Assembly: GCA_031367385.1 (NCBI GenBank)
Contig: JANLPS010000024.1
Span: 1 to 23,966, forward strand
DNA length: 23,966 bases
From: Archangium sp.
GTDB lineage: Bacteria > Myxococcota > Myxococcia > Myxococcales > Myxococcaceae
Direction: 5' to 3'
Each line of letters starts with the position of its first letter. The first letter of the stretch is position 1. Of this stretch, positions 15,863 to 23,822 are shown one piece after another. The position numbers and the translations under genes are program-made. The notes under the pieces were generated by a model. It was not told the DNA's origin. It did no database searches and saw only the letters and a program-made list of their open reading frames with translations.

Positions 15863-17581
15863 ATGACTCTCGAAGCGCGGTGGGCGGTGCTCGTTGGGGT
15901 GGTGCTTGTTGCATGTCAGAGCCTGCCGGCGAGGCCCTCGACTCCGGTGGTCAAGCCGCTGACAGACGTGAGTGCGATGTGCCCGAAGGCGCCGGCGCCG
16001 ACCCGAACGCTCAAGGTCGACCCCGCGAAGGGTGATGACTCGGCCAGCGGTGTGTGTGTGGCGGCCGGCAGCTGCACGCCGGTGAAGACCGTGGCACGCG
16101 TCGCGACGCTGGTGCAGCCCGGAGACCTCGTGCAGCTCGCCGGAGGGACCTACGACGCCGACGCCGCGTTCACCGTCAGTGGCACGGTCGAGAAGCCGAT
16201 CGTGTTCGCCGCGGTCGAGGGTGAGACTCCGATTTTCACCAAGTCAGTGGTGTTGGTCGGGCTCTCGTTCTTGCAATTTCGCGGCGTGCAGTTCGATGCG
16301 CCGAACAACGACGTCTGGTTCAGCGCCGATGAAGGCACGCATGACGTGGTGCTGGTCGGCAATTCGTTTGATTCACATGCGCCCAATTCGAATCACGGGT
16401 CGTTTCAGGGGCTCAACTTCAAGGGCAGACGCTACGAGCTGTGCGGCAACAGCTTCGGCAGCTGGCTGGGAGACCTGCTCAGCGCCGACCCCGTCGATGA
16501 CTTGGTCATCGAGCACAATGATTTCTCGCAGGCCAGCGGGCTCCACTCGTTGGTGGCCGTCGTGGGTCGCCACGTGGTGATTCGCGGCAACGTGTTTCGC
16601 AACCCCTGGCATCGGGTGCTGCACATCACCGACCGCGCCCTCGATAAACCGAGCGAAGACATCGTGGTCGAGAACAACACCTTCATCGACAGCGATTGGA
16701 CCAAGGGCGACCCCAGCGCGTCGAAGGAGGAGCAGTTTCAAGGCGGCGACGAGATCGTGCGGTTCTTGGGAGCGCGCGGCATTTTTCGAAACAACGTGCT
16801 GGCTGGCAATCACCAGGGCAACAACTGGGAGTGCCGGGGCGTGCTCAACTTTCAGACCTTCGTCAACGCCGGCGCCGGGTTCGATGTGCGGCGGTACACC
16901 AAGTTTCGCGTGTACGGCAATGTGTTCGACTCGAACAAGACCAGCAGCATAGTGTTTTACCAGGGGCCCAAGGCCGTCGCGGGCGACCTCGACGATGACC
17001 AGTTCAAGAACAACGTGCTGAGCAACCCCGAGAAGTACGCGGTGACGACGTGCAACGCGGGCGTGCCGTGGTCGACCTACAAGTTCGAGCGCAACCTGGT
17101 GCCGGGCGAGCTCGTGCACTTCAGTGAGGTGGGTGATGCGCCGGTGAGCATCTTGGCGATGGAGGCGAAGTCGCCGATGGTGTTCAGCCGCAACCTGAGC
17201 GACGCACCGGTGTTCGTGAATGGCGCGTTTGCAGACAGCGTGGCCAAGAACCCGGCTGGGTATTCGCTGGGCCGAATCGGCGAGGCGTTCGATGCGTATT
17301 CATTGGCGAATTCGAGCCCGGGCAAGGGGCAGGCGGCCGCGCTCGCCCACGTGGCTGCCGCGGTGACGGCGGGCAAGTCGCTCGCGGTTGATGACGCGCT
17401 GTGGTTCTCAGATGGGTTCGGGCTGGTCGGAGGCGACACGATTCGCGTTGGGTTGGTGACCGCGAAGGTGCTCAGTCGAGATGTGGCGACGAATACGCTG
17501 ACGCTCGATACGCCGGTGACCGCGAAGCTGGGCGATGAGGTGCAGCTCGAGGGCGTGGCCGATGTTGGGGTTCATCAATAG
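15863..17581 (+). CDS. Right-handed parallel beta-helix repeat lipoprotein (pectate lyase-like fold)
   Basis: Lipobox VLVAC. N-terminal VDP.KGDD...P.KTV....VQPGDLVQL.GGTY...SGT.EKPI cap, then repeated IEHNDF/IRGNVF/VENNTF/FRNNVL/YGNVF/FKNNVL coils. Confidence 0.85.
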   Translation: MTLEARWAVLVGVVLVACQSLPARPSTPVVKPLTDVSAMCPKAPAPTRTLKVDPAKGDDSASGVCVAAGSCTPVKTVARVATLVQPGDLVQLAGGTYDADAAFTVSGTVEKPIVFAAVEGETPIFTKSVVLVGLSFLQFRGVQFDAPNNDVWFSADEGTHDVVLVGNSFDSHAPNSNHGSFQGLNFKGRRYELCGNSFGSWLGDLLSADPVDDLVIEHNDFSQASGLHSLVAVVGRHVVIRGNVFRNPWHRVLHITDRALDKPSEDIVVENNTFIDSDWTKGDPSASKEEQFQGGDEIVRFLGARGIFRNNVLAGNHQGNNWECRGVLNFQTFVNAGAGFDVRRYTKFRVYGNVFDSNKTSSIVFYQGPKAVAGDLDDDQFKNNVLSNPEKYAVTTCNAGVPWSTYKFERNLVPGELVHFSEVGDAPVSILAMEAKSPMVFSRNLSDAPVFVNGAFADSVAKNPAGYSLGRIGEAFDAYSLANSSPGKGQAAALAHVAAAVTAGKSLAVDDALWFSDGFGLVGGDTIRVGLVTAKVLSRDVATNTLTLDTPVTAKLGDEVQLEGVADVGVHQ

Positions 17582-17625
17582 GGGGGCAAGGCCGCTCATA
17601 GTGAGCTGATCCACCAGAAGAACCC

Positions 17626-17673
17626 ACTCTCATGGTGAGCCTGTCGAACCACGAACCACGAACCACGAACCAT
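17626..17673. repeat. REP-like half element followed by a heptamer tandem repeat (CGAACCA)x4
   Basis: ctctcatggtgagcctgtcgaacca runs into four exact copies of cgaacca (17645-17672) in a convergent intergenic gap. Confidence 0.65.
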
Positions 17674-17678
17674 GGGCC

Positions 17679-17742
17679 GTCCCAACGTTGGGACAAAATG
17701 AGCACCTGACAAGTTCAAAAGTTGTCGCATCGTTGGGACAAC
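17679..17742. repeat. Two copies of a palindrome GTCCCAACGTTGGGAC (one perfect, one with 2 mismatches)
   Basis: 17679-17694 gtcccaacgttgggac is a perfect 16-bp palindrome. 17721-17742 gttgtcgcatcgttgggacaac is an imperfect copy. The centres are 45 bp apart. Confidence 0.75.
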
Positions 17743-17765
17743 GGGGCAGCCAACGCGCGGTCGAC

Positions 17766-18458
17766 TTACTCGAACTCTGGCAGCCGCCCATTCAACGTCA
17801 CCGTGCGATGCAGCACGCCCTCATACGGTTGCCTCTTCGCAATCGTCAGGGCCCGCTCGCACTCGGCCCACACCAGCGGCCCCAGCACTTGCCAATTCGG
17901 AGGATCAACCACCCTCAGCTCGAAGCACCCCATCGTGTAGAGCACCAACCGCTTCGGCTCAGCGTCAACCGGAGTCGCCGCCTCGACCGCCGCCGTCAAC
18001 GCCGCCTGCAACTTCGCGAGCACCGCCGGGTCGACCCGGGCATCGGCCGTCGGGCCGTACAAAATCGCGAACCCATCGGCGTGAATGCGCACCACCTTCG
18101 CGTTCGGGCACACTGATTTCATCGCCGAGACCATCGCCCGCAGCGCCGCGTCGCCCGCCTCGAAGCCGTAGCGCATGTTGTAGAGCGTGAACTCGAGCGG
18201 GTCGACCAGCACCGCTCCAATCACCCACCCATCGCCGTGCCCGTGGGTCGACAAGTCGTATTCTTCTTTGAGCAATGCCCCCTGATTCAAGGCCAGGGCA
18301 TGAAACGCGCCAGAGACCGAGTCGGGAGCCCCGGTGCGATGGAGCTCAGCGTCGACCAGGGCGTCGACCAGCCACGACGCCGCGTCAGGGCGGCCCACCG
18401 CTCGAGGAAAAAGCGTCAGCAAGGCGCGCTCACTGCGGTCGGAGATCGGGGAGGTCAC
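17766..18458 (-). CDS. Degenerate GGDEF (diguanylate cyclase-like) domain protein
   Basis: LVDPLEFTLYNMRYGFEAGDAALR matches the DxDxFKxxNDxxGHxxGDxxL region, and the signature reads RIHADGF. An AGGAG RBS 6 nt upstream supports GTG 18458 over TTG 18464. Confidence 0.8.
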   Translation of the reverse strand: MTSPISDRSERALLTLFPRAVGRPDAASWLVDALVDAELHRTGAPDSVSGAFHALALNQGALLKEEYDLSTHGHGDGWVIGAVLVDPLEFTLYNMRYGFEAGDAALRAMVSAMKSVCPNAKVVRIHADGFAILYGPTADARVDPAVLAKLQAALTAAVEAATPVDAEPKRLVLYTMGCFELRVVDPPNWQVLGPLVWAECERALTIAKRQPYEGVLHRTVTLNGRLPEFE

Positions 18459-18661
18459 CGACAACTCCTAAGCGCGGTTCACGTTTCTCGCAACCACGCA
18501 TCTGTGGTACTTCGCGCGACCCGATGGCACCGCGATTTTCACCTCCCACCCCGCTCGCCGGTGCCCGCAGAAGCCGCACCGCCGAGAGCTTTCGTGAGCT
18601 CTCCGCGCCATCGGGGTGGTCACGAGGTCTGCAGAACGCGTATCGTCACGACGGCTCCGTC

Positions 18662-19699
18662 ATGCCGCTCCGACTCGCGCAGCTTCAAGACCGGTATCGC
18701 GCCGCTGTGCTGGGCTTCGCCATCGGCGACGCGCTCGGCTTTCCACTGCGGGGGCTGCCGCCGTCGGGCCTGACCCGGCTCTCTGGGGTCGCCGAAGATT
18801 TCGCCGCGCGCCCCCGCGGCCGTTTCGCCAAGGGCCAGTTTTCAGACGACACCCAGATGATGTTGGCGGTCGCTGAGGCCGTCTCGAACGAGAAGCGGGT
18901 CGATGGCCGGGTCGCCGCGGCGCACTTGTCGTGGCTCTGGCAAGAGGGCGTGATTCTGCAGCCCCCCAGCAGCGCGACCGACGCGGCCCAGCAGCTGCTC
19001 GCCGGCACCCCGTGGATGAGCGCTGGTGCTCCGCTGGGCGTGCGCGACCCGTCGTGTCTGTCTCGCGGCCTGGTGATCGGCCTGTGGAGCGAGTCGAGCC
19101 CCCCGCGGCTGGCCCATGACGCCCAGGTCTTGACGGTCATCACCCACAAAGACCCACTGTGCATCGCCGCCTCGTCGGCCTTCGCTCGCGCGGTGCAGCT
19201 CGGCCTCTCGGGCGAGTCGATTTCACCGCAGACCTTTTGCGAAGAGGTGGCCAAGGCCGCCGCGCCGAGCGACCAAGAGCTCGCTGACGAGCTCTTCTAC
19301 TTACCCCGCGTTCTGAGTTGGGACACCGAGCGTGCGCTGTTGGCCCTGCGCCGCATCGGGGCACCGCCCTCGCAGTTCGACTTCGAGCACGGGTTGCCGG
19401 CGCACGTGACGCCTGTGCTGCTCACCGCCCTCTACGCCGCCCTGAAGATACCCACCGATTTTCGAGGCGCCCTGAGCGCGGTGCTCAAGTGCGGTGGAGA
19501 AGTCGACATCGCCACCGCCATCACCGCCTCGGTGCTCGGCGCGTCGATGGGCACCGACGCCATACCCGCGCGGCTGCGAAAAAACGTGCTCTACGCCGAG
19601 GCTCTGGTCGAGGCCGCCGACCGGCTCTTCGATGCCCGCTTGCTGCGAGAGCCCAGCGTCAGCGCCGCCGCGTTCGCTGTCGCTCGCCGGGGTGGTTGA
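18662..19699 (+). CDS. ADP-ribosylglycohydrolase (DraG/ARH) family protein with atypical motifs
   Basis: AVLGFAIGDALG, GQFSDDTQM, ITH.DP and GGEVDI.TAIT.SVLGA..G..AIP. ATG 18662 starts right at the domain; the track's 18275 overlaps the GGDEF gene. Confidence 0.88.
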   Translation: MPLRLAQLQDRYRAAVLGFAIGDALGFPLRGLPPSGLTRLSGVAEDFAARPRGRFAKGQFSDDTQMMLAVAEAVSNEKRVDGRVAAAHLSWLWQEGVILQPPSSATDAAQQLLAGTPWMSAGAPLGVRDPSCLSRGLVIGLWSESSPPRLAHDAQVLTVITHKDPLCIAASSAFARAVQLGLSGESISPQTFCEEVAKAAAPSDQELADELFYLPRVLSWDTERALLALRRIGAPPSQFDFEHGLPAHVTPVLLTALYAALKIPTDFRGALSAVLKCGGEVDIATAITASVLGASMGTDAIPARLRKNVLYAEALVEAADRLFDARLLREPSVSAAAFAVARRGG

Positions 19700-19772
19700 A
19701 TGTCGCACACGATTGCGGTCGTGCACTGAATCTCCTCTCTGCGCCGAGACCTGAGGTAGACAGGGAGCGCCC

Positions 19773-21062
19773 ATGGTCGGCTCCCGCAACGAACCCGAGC
19801 AGTTGCTGGCGTTGCTCCAAGCGGCCGCGGGCGAGCTGAAGACCGCGCAGAGCGACCTCGAAGCCGAACGCACCAAGAACAGACAGCTTTTGGCGCAGGT
19901 TGAAAAGCTCGAGGGCCAGCTCAAGGCGAGCGCGGGCCCAGTCACTGACTTGCGCTCGGGGTTGGTCATCACGGTGCCAGCCGGCAGTCGCGCAGCCGTC
20001 GAAGAGAAGACCGGCGTGGTCGTGGTCGAGGGTGAACTGGCCGAGACGCGCATTCGCGGGCTCGAAGAAGAGCTCGAGCGCGCCAAGAACGCCGAGCAGG
20101 CGGTGCGAGAAAAATTGGCCGATGTCGAGGCCGACTACGCCGAGGCGATGACCTCGCTCACCAAGCTGCGAAACGGCGTCTCGACGGCCGAAGAATCGGC
20201 ACGGGTGGTGAAGCTCGCCCAGCAGCTCAATGCCATGAGCAAAGAGCTGGCCGCGGCGCGCGCAGAGCTGTCGTCGAAAGAGACGACCGGCACCTTGACG
20301 CTCCCCACTGACTTGAACGCGCCGGCGGCCAACGCCGAGGCCGCGGCTGAGACGGCCAAGCGCATCACGCAGCTCGAGGGAGAATTGGCGCTGCTTCGGG
20401 CCCGCCGTGACGACCTCAACGTCGAGCTGGCGCGGGTCGACAATGATCGCAAGCTGGCCCGAACCCGCATCGCCGAGCTCGAAATCGAAGCGGCGAAGGC
20501 CCGCGAGCAGGTAGACGCCGACTTGAAAGCGGCGGTCGCGGCCGAGGTGGCCAAGCGCGATTCGTTGGTTCAAACGCACGTGCAGGCCCTGGCAGCCGAG
20601 GCGGCCAAGCGCGAGGCGTTGGTGCAGTCGCACGGGCAAGCAGTCGCCGGTGAGGTCTCCAAGCGCGCCGAGGCCGAGAGCGCCCGTGACAAAGAACGCG
20701 AAAAGCACCAGGCCACCGCGCAAAAACTGATCGAAGCCAAAACGCGCATTCGCGAGCTCGAAGGGTCGGCCGCGCAGCTCACCATGCGAATCACCGAGCT
20801 CGAGCTGCAGGTCTCCAAAGCCGCTGACAATGCCAAGCAGGTGCTGGTGGCGAAGGAGGCGACCTGGGCCCAGAGCAAGGCCAGCCTCGAGACCAGGGCC
20901 GCGCAGTCAGAGCAGAAGCTCGAGAACGCGACCGCCGAGCTGCGTCACGTCGAGCGCACCTACGAGCAGCTGCACCGCGAGATGCTGACCCTGCTCGATC
21001 AACGAGACGAAGCGCGTCGCGAGCTGACGGTGATCAAGACGCGGCTCGGCATCAGCACCTAA
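19773..21062 (+). CDS. Long coiled-coil protein, function unknown
   Basis: A/E/K/L/R-rich heptads over most of the 429 aa, with no signal peptide or TM helix. GGGAG RBS upstream of ATG 19773. Confidence 0.85.
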   Translation: MVGSRNEPEQLLALLQAAAGELKTAQSDLEAERTKNRQLLAQVEKLEGQLKASAGPVTDLRSGLVITVPAGSRAAVEEKTGVVVVEGELAETRIRGLEEELERAKNAEQAVREKLADVEADYAEAMTSLTKLRNGVSTAEESARVVKLAQQLNAMSKELAAARAELSSKETTGTLTLPTDLNAPAANAEAAAETAKRITQLEGELALLRARRDDLNVELARVDNDRKLARTRIAELEIEAAKAREQVDADLKAAVAAEVAKRDSLVQTHVQALAAEAAKREALVQSHGQAVAGEVSKRAEAESARDKEREKHQATAQKLIEAKTRIRELEGSAAQLTMRITELELQVSKAADNAKQVLVAKEATWAQSKASLETRAAQSEQKLENATAELRHVERTYEQLHREMLTLLDQRDEARRELTVIKTRLGIST

Positions 21063-21068
21063 AGGGCC

Positions 21069-21665
21069 TCAGGCGGTGGCTTTGACCGGCGCCTTGTTCT
21101 CTTTGCGCACGAACGAATCGACCACCAGCAGGCCCACGCCGATGCAGATGGCCGAGTCGGCGACGTTGAACGCCGGCCAGTACGCCTTGTCGAACCAGTG
21201 GGCCTCGAGAAAGTCGATCACGAAGCCGCGCGCGAGGCGGTCGAGGTAGTTGCCGATGGCGCCACCGAGCACCAGCGGCAGCCCCCACTTGGCCCACTTC
21301 TCGTTCGGCGCCCCGCTCAGCTTCGAGAAGTAGAAGGCGATCAGAATCACCGCTCCGATGGAGACCAGGTGAAAGAGCGGCCCGCGCAGGTTCTCGGGCA
21401 GGTTTCGAAACAGGCCGAACGCCGCGCCCGGGTTCTCGGCATAGCGAAAGCGAAAGAAATCACTCGAGAGCACCACGGCTTCTTTCGAGCGGTAGTGCAG
21501 GCCGTCGAGCCCGACCTCGGGGGCACTACCGGTGAAGACCTCGAGCTTGCGAGGCGCGCCGTCGAAGGCGGTGGTCAGCGTGTCGAGCACCCTGAACTTG
21601 GTGAATTGGTCGGCGACGATGACGACAAGGGCGATGACGGCGAGCCACCCGTATTTGCGAGACAT
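21069..21665 (-). CDS. lspA: Lipoprotein signal peptidase II
   Basis: DQFTK, NPGAAFG, GGAIGNYLDR, VIDFL and WPAFNVADSAI, including both catalytic Asp. Confidence 0.97.
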   Translation of the reverse strand: MSRKYGWLAVIALVVIVADQFTKFRVLDTLTTAFDGAPRKLEVFTGSAPEVGLDGLHYRSKEAVVLSSDFFRFRYAENPGAAFGLFRNLPENLRGPLFHLVSIGAVILIAFYFSKLSGAPNEKWAKWGLPLVLGGAIGNYLDRLARGFVIDFLEAHWFDKAYWPAFNVADSAICIGVGLLVVDSFVRKENKAPVKATA

Positions 21666-21771
21666 GCGCGGCTCTCACCACGGTCGCCCCTTTCGAGCAA
21701 GTGAAGGAGCCTTTGGAGCGGCAATCAATTTGTGGCGTATGGCCAGGTTTGAGCGAGAGTTTGGGCCGCGC

Positions 21772-22815
21772 ATGGCTTCGTCTGACATCGTTCTCCTCTT
21801 CGGTGGCGGCTCGTCTGAGCGCCTGGTCTCGGTCGCCTCGGCGCAGAACATCAGCGCGCAGCTGCCCGATGCGCACCCCTGGTTCATCGCCAAAGACGGA
21901 GTCGTCTACGACGTCACCGCCGCCGACCTCGCCGCGCACCAACGGGCCTTCGAGAACGAGCTCGTCCCCTCCGGTGCGCCCGCGTTTCCATCGCTCGGGG
22001 CGGCGCTCGACATGCGCGGCAAGGGCCAGGTCTTCTTGCTCGCGCTGCATGGTGGGGCAGGCGAAAACGGCACCATTCAAAAAGAGCTCGAAGCGCGAGG
22101 CCTTGCGTTCACCGCGAGCGGTTCGGCCGCCAGCGCGTTGGCGTTCGACAAGGCGCAGGCGAAGGCGATGGCCGGCAGCCGTGGCGCGCGTCTCGCCGAG
22201 GCGCAGATCATCGAGCCCCACACTGACCCGGCGAAGCTCGAGGCGGTGTTGACCACGTTGCTGGGCCAGCAACCGCGGTGGGTGCTCAAGCCGGTCGCCG
22301 ATGGCTCGAGCTTCGGGCTGATTCACCTCACGTCGGTCGGCCAGGTGCGCGACGCCGCTGCGCAGCTGGTGCGCTTGCAGCTGCGCTACCTGGCCGAAGC
22401 GTTCGTCACCGGCCGAGAGCTCACCGTCGGAGTGGTCGACGAGGCCGATGGCCCGATGGCGCTGCCCGTCTCAGAGGTGCGCTTGGCCAAAGACGCGAGC
22501 TTCGACTACGCGGGCAAATATCTGGGCAAGGGCACCGAAGAGATCACCCCTGCGCAGCTGACCGATTACGAGCGAAATGCCGCGCAAACACTCGCGATTT
22601 TGGCGCACCAGGCGGTGGGCTGCTACGGGTACTCGCGCACCGACATGATCTTGAGCGTCGATGGCCAGGGCCCGGTGTTCTTGGAGATCAACACGCTGCC
22701 CGGGCTGACCCGCGCCTCGTTCATACCCCAGCAGTTGGCGGCGGCGGGGAGGGGCTTTCGACCGTTTCTCGAGCGGCAGGTGCTGTTGGCGCGGCAACGT
22801 CGAGATCGCTGGTAA
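21772..22815 (+). CDS. ddl: D-alanine--D-alanine ligase
   Basis: FGGGSSERLVS, ALHGGAGENGTIQ, FDK, LKP...GSSFG, GRELTVG, omega loop FDYAGKY, SRTDM and LEINTLPG. Start is ATG 21772 (21739 possible). Confidence 0.93.
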   Translation: MASSDIVLLFGGGSSERLVSVASAQNISAQLPDAHPWFIAKDGVVYDVTAADLAAHQRAFENELVPSGAPAFPSLGAALDMRGKGQVFLLALHGGAGENGTIQKELEARGLAFTASGSAASALAFDKAQAKAMAGSRGARLAEAQIIEPHTDPAKLEAVLTTLLGQQPRWVLKPVADGSSFGLIHLTSVGQVRDAAAQLVRLQLRYLAEAFVTGRELTVGVVDEADGPMALPVSEVRLAKDASFDYAGKYLGKGTEEITPAQLTDYERNAAQTLAILAHQAVGCYGYSRTDMILSVDGQGPVFLEINTLPGLTRASFIPQQLAAAGRGFRPFLERQVLLARQRRDRW

Positions 22816-22825
22816 TCTCAAGCGC

Positions 22826-23575
22826 ATGTCTCCTTGGGTTCTCAGGCTGATCATCGCCAACGTCGTCGTCTACATGATGCAGCGCACGCTGCCTGGGCTC
22901 ACCGGCACGCTGGCGCTCGTGCCCGCCCTGATTCTCGACCGCCCGTGGTCGGTGGTCACCTACATGTTCGCGCACGACACATCGGGGCTCTCGCACATCG
23001 GCTTCAACATGTTGGCGCTGTTTCTCTTCGGCCCGCGGGTCGAGGCCCAGCTTGGAGGCGGCCGGTTCGTCACGCTGTACTTCGTGGCGGGGCTCACGGG
23101 CGCGGCGCTCTCGTTCTTCTTTTCGCCCTACAGCGCCATCGTCGGCGCTTCGGGCGCGGTGTTCGGCGTCGAGCTGGCGTTCGCGAAGTTCTGGCCAAAC
23201 GATAAAATATTGATCTGGGGCGTGCTGCCGGTGCAGGCGTGGCTGTTGGTGGTGATCATGACGGTCATCTCGATCTACGGCGGCTTTCGAGGCGGCGATG
23301 GCACCGCGCACTTCGCCCACCTCGGTGGGTATGTCGGGGCGCTGATCTACTTGCTGATCATCGGGCGCCGGGTGCGCGCGCCTCGGTTCAAAGAGGCGCC
23401 TGGCACCGGCTCGAGAGTGCCGGTCGGCAACTGGCAGGGCCTCGATCTGAGCACGGTGCACGCGCTCAACCGTGAAGAGGTCGAGCGCATCGTGAATAAA
23501 ATCAAGTCGTCAGGGGAGCGCAGCCTGAGCACGCAAGAGCGAGAGTTTTTGGTGAACTTCTTGCCGAAGACCTGA
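22826..23575 (+). CDS. Rhomboid family intramembrane serine protease with a short C-terminal helical (DUF6576-like) domain
   Basis: TYMFAH...HIGFNM, VGASGAV and AHLGG. C-terminal EVERIVNKIKSSGERSLSTQEREFL. Starts 10 bp after ddl. Confidence 0.93.
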   Translation: MSPWVLRLIIANVVVYMMQRTLPGLTGTLALVPALILDRPWSVVTYMFAHDTSGLSHIGFNMLALFLFGPRVEAQLGGGRFVTLYFVAGLTGAALSFFFSPYSAIVGASGAVFGVELAFAKFWPNDKILIWGVLPVQAWLLVVIMTVISIYGGFRGGDGTAHFAHLGGYVGALIYLLIIGRRVRAPRFKEAPGTGSRVPVGNWQGLDLSTVHALNREEVERIVNKIKSSGERSLSTQEREFLVNFLPKT

Positions 23576-23761
23576 AAGTCTGGAGAAACCGCCTCGACAG
23601 CGAAGCGTGAACCGATCAGGCCAAAGTGATTGATTTTCGGAGCTCGATCGAGCCCCGAATGTCTTCGAAGAGGACAGGTGAATTGTAACGATCGTGTTCA
23701 CCTCTTTGAAATACCCTACACATTGAAGTGACTTGGCCCGAGTCATACCCTTCAGTACACT

Positions 23762-23777
23762 TGGCACCCTTATCGCA
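23762..23777 (+). promoter_or_regulatory. Candidate sigma54 (-24/-12) promoter
   Basis: TGGCACCCTTATCGCA is GG-N10-GC, 45 bp upstream of GTG 23823, and is preceded by an AT-richer region with inverted repeats. Confidence 0.65.
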
Positions 23778-23822
23778 CACAGCCCGGCGCGGGTATCAGC
23801 CCGTCAGCAAAGGGGTCTTTCT

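Noticed and set aside
17626..17742. Possible CRISPR array or parS site
   Set aside because: Only two short palindromes and a 7-mer run. There is no repeat-spacer periodicity or cas gene, and the sequence differs from the parS consensus.
18275..18661. N-terminal extension of the ADP-ribosylglycohydrolase ORF
   Set aside because: Low-complexity R/P-rich sequence overlapping the divergent GGDEF gene. The domain begins at ATG 18662.
21772..22815. Van-type glycopeptide resistance ligase
   Set aside because: The omega loop has KY as in D-Ala-D-Ala ligases, and there are no vanH/vanX/vanRS neighbours.
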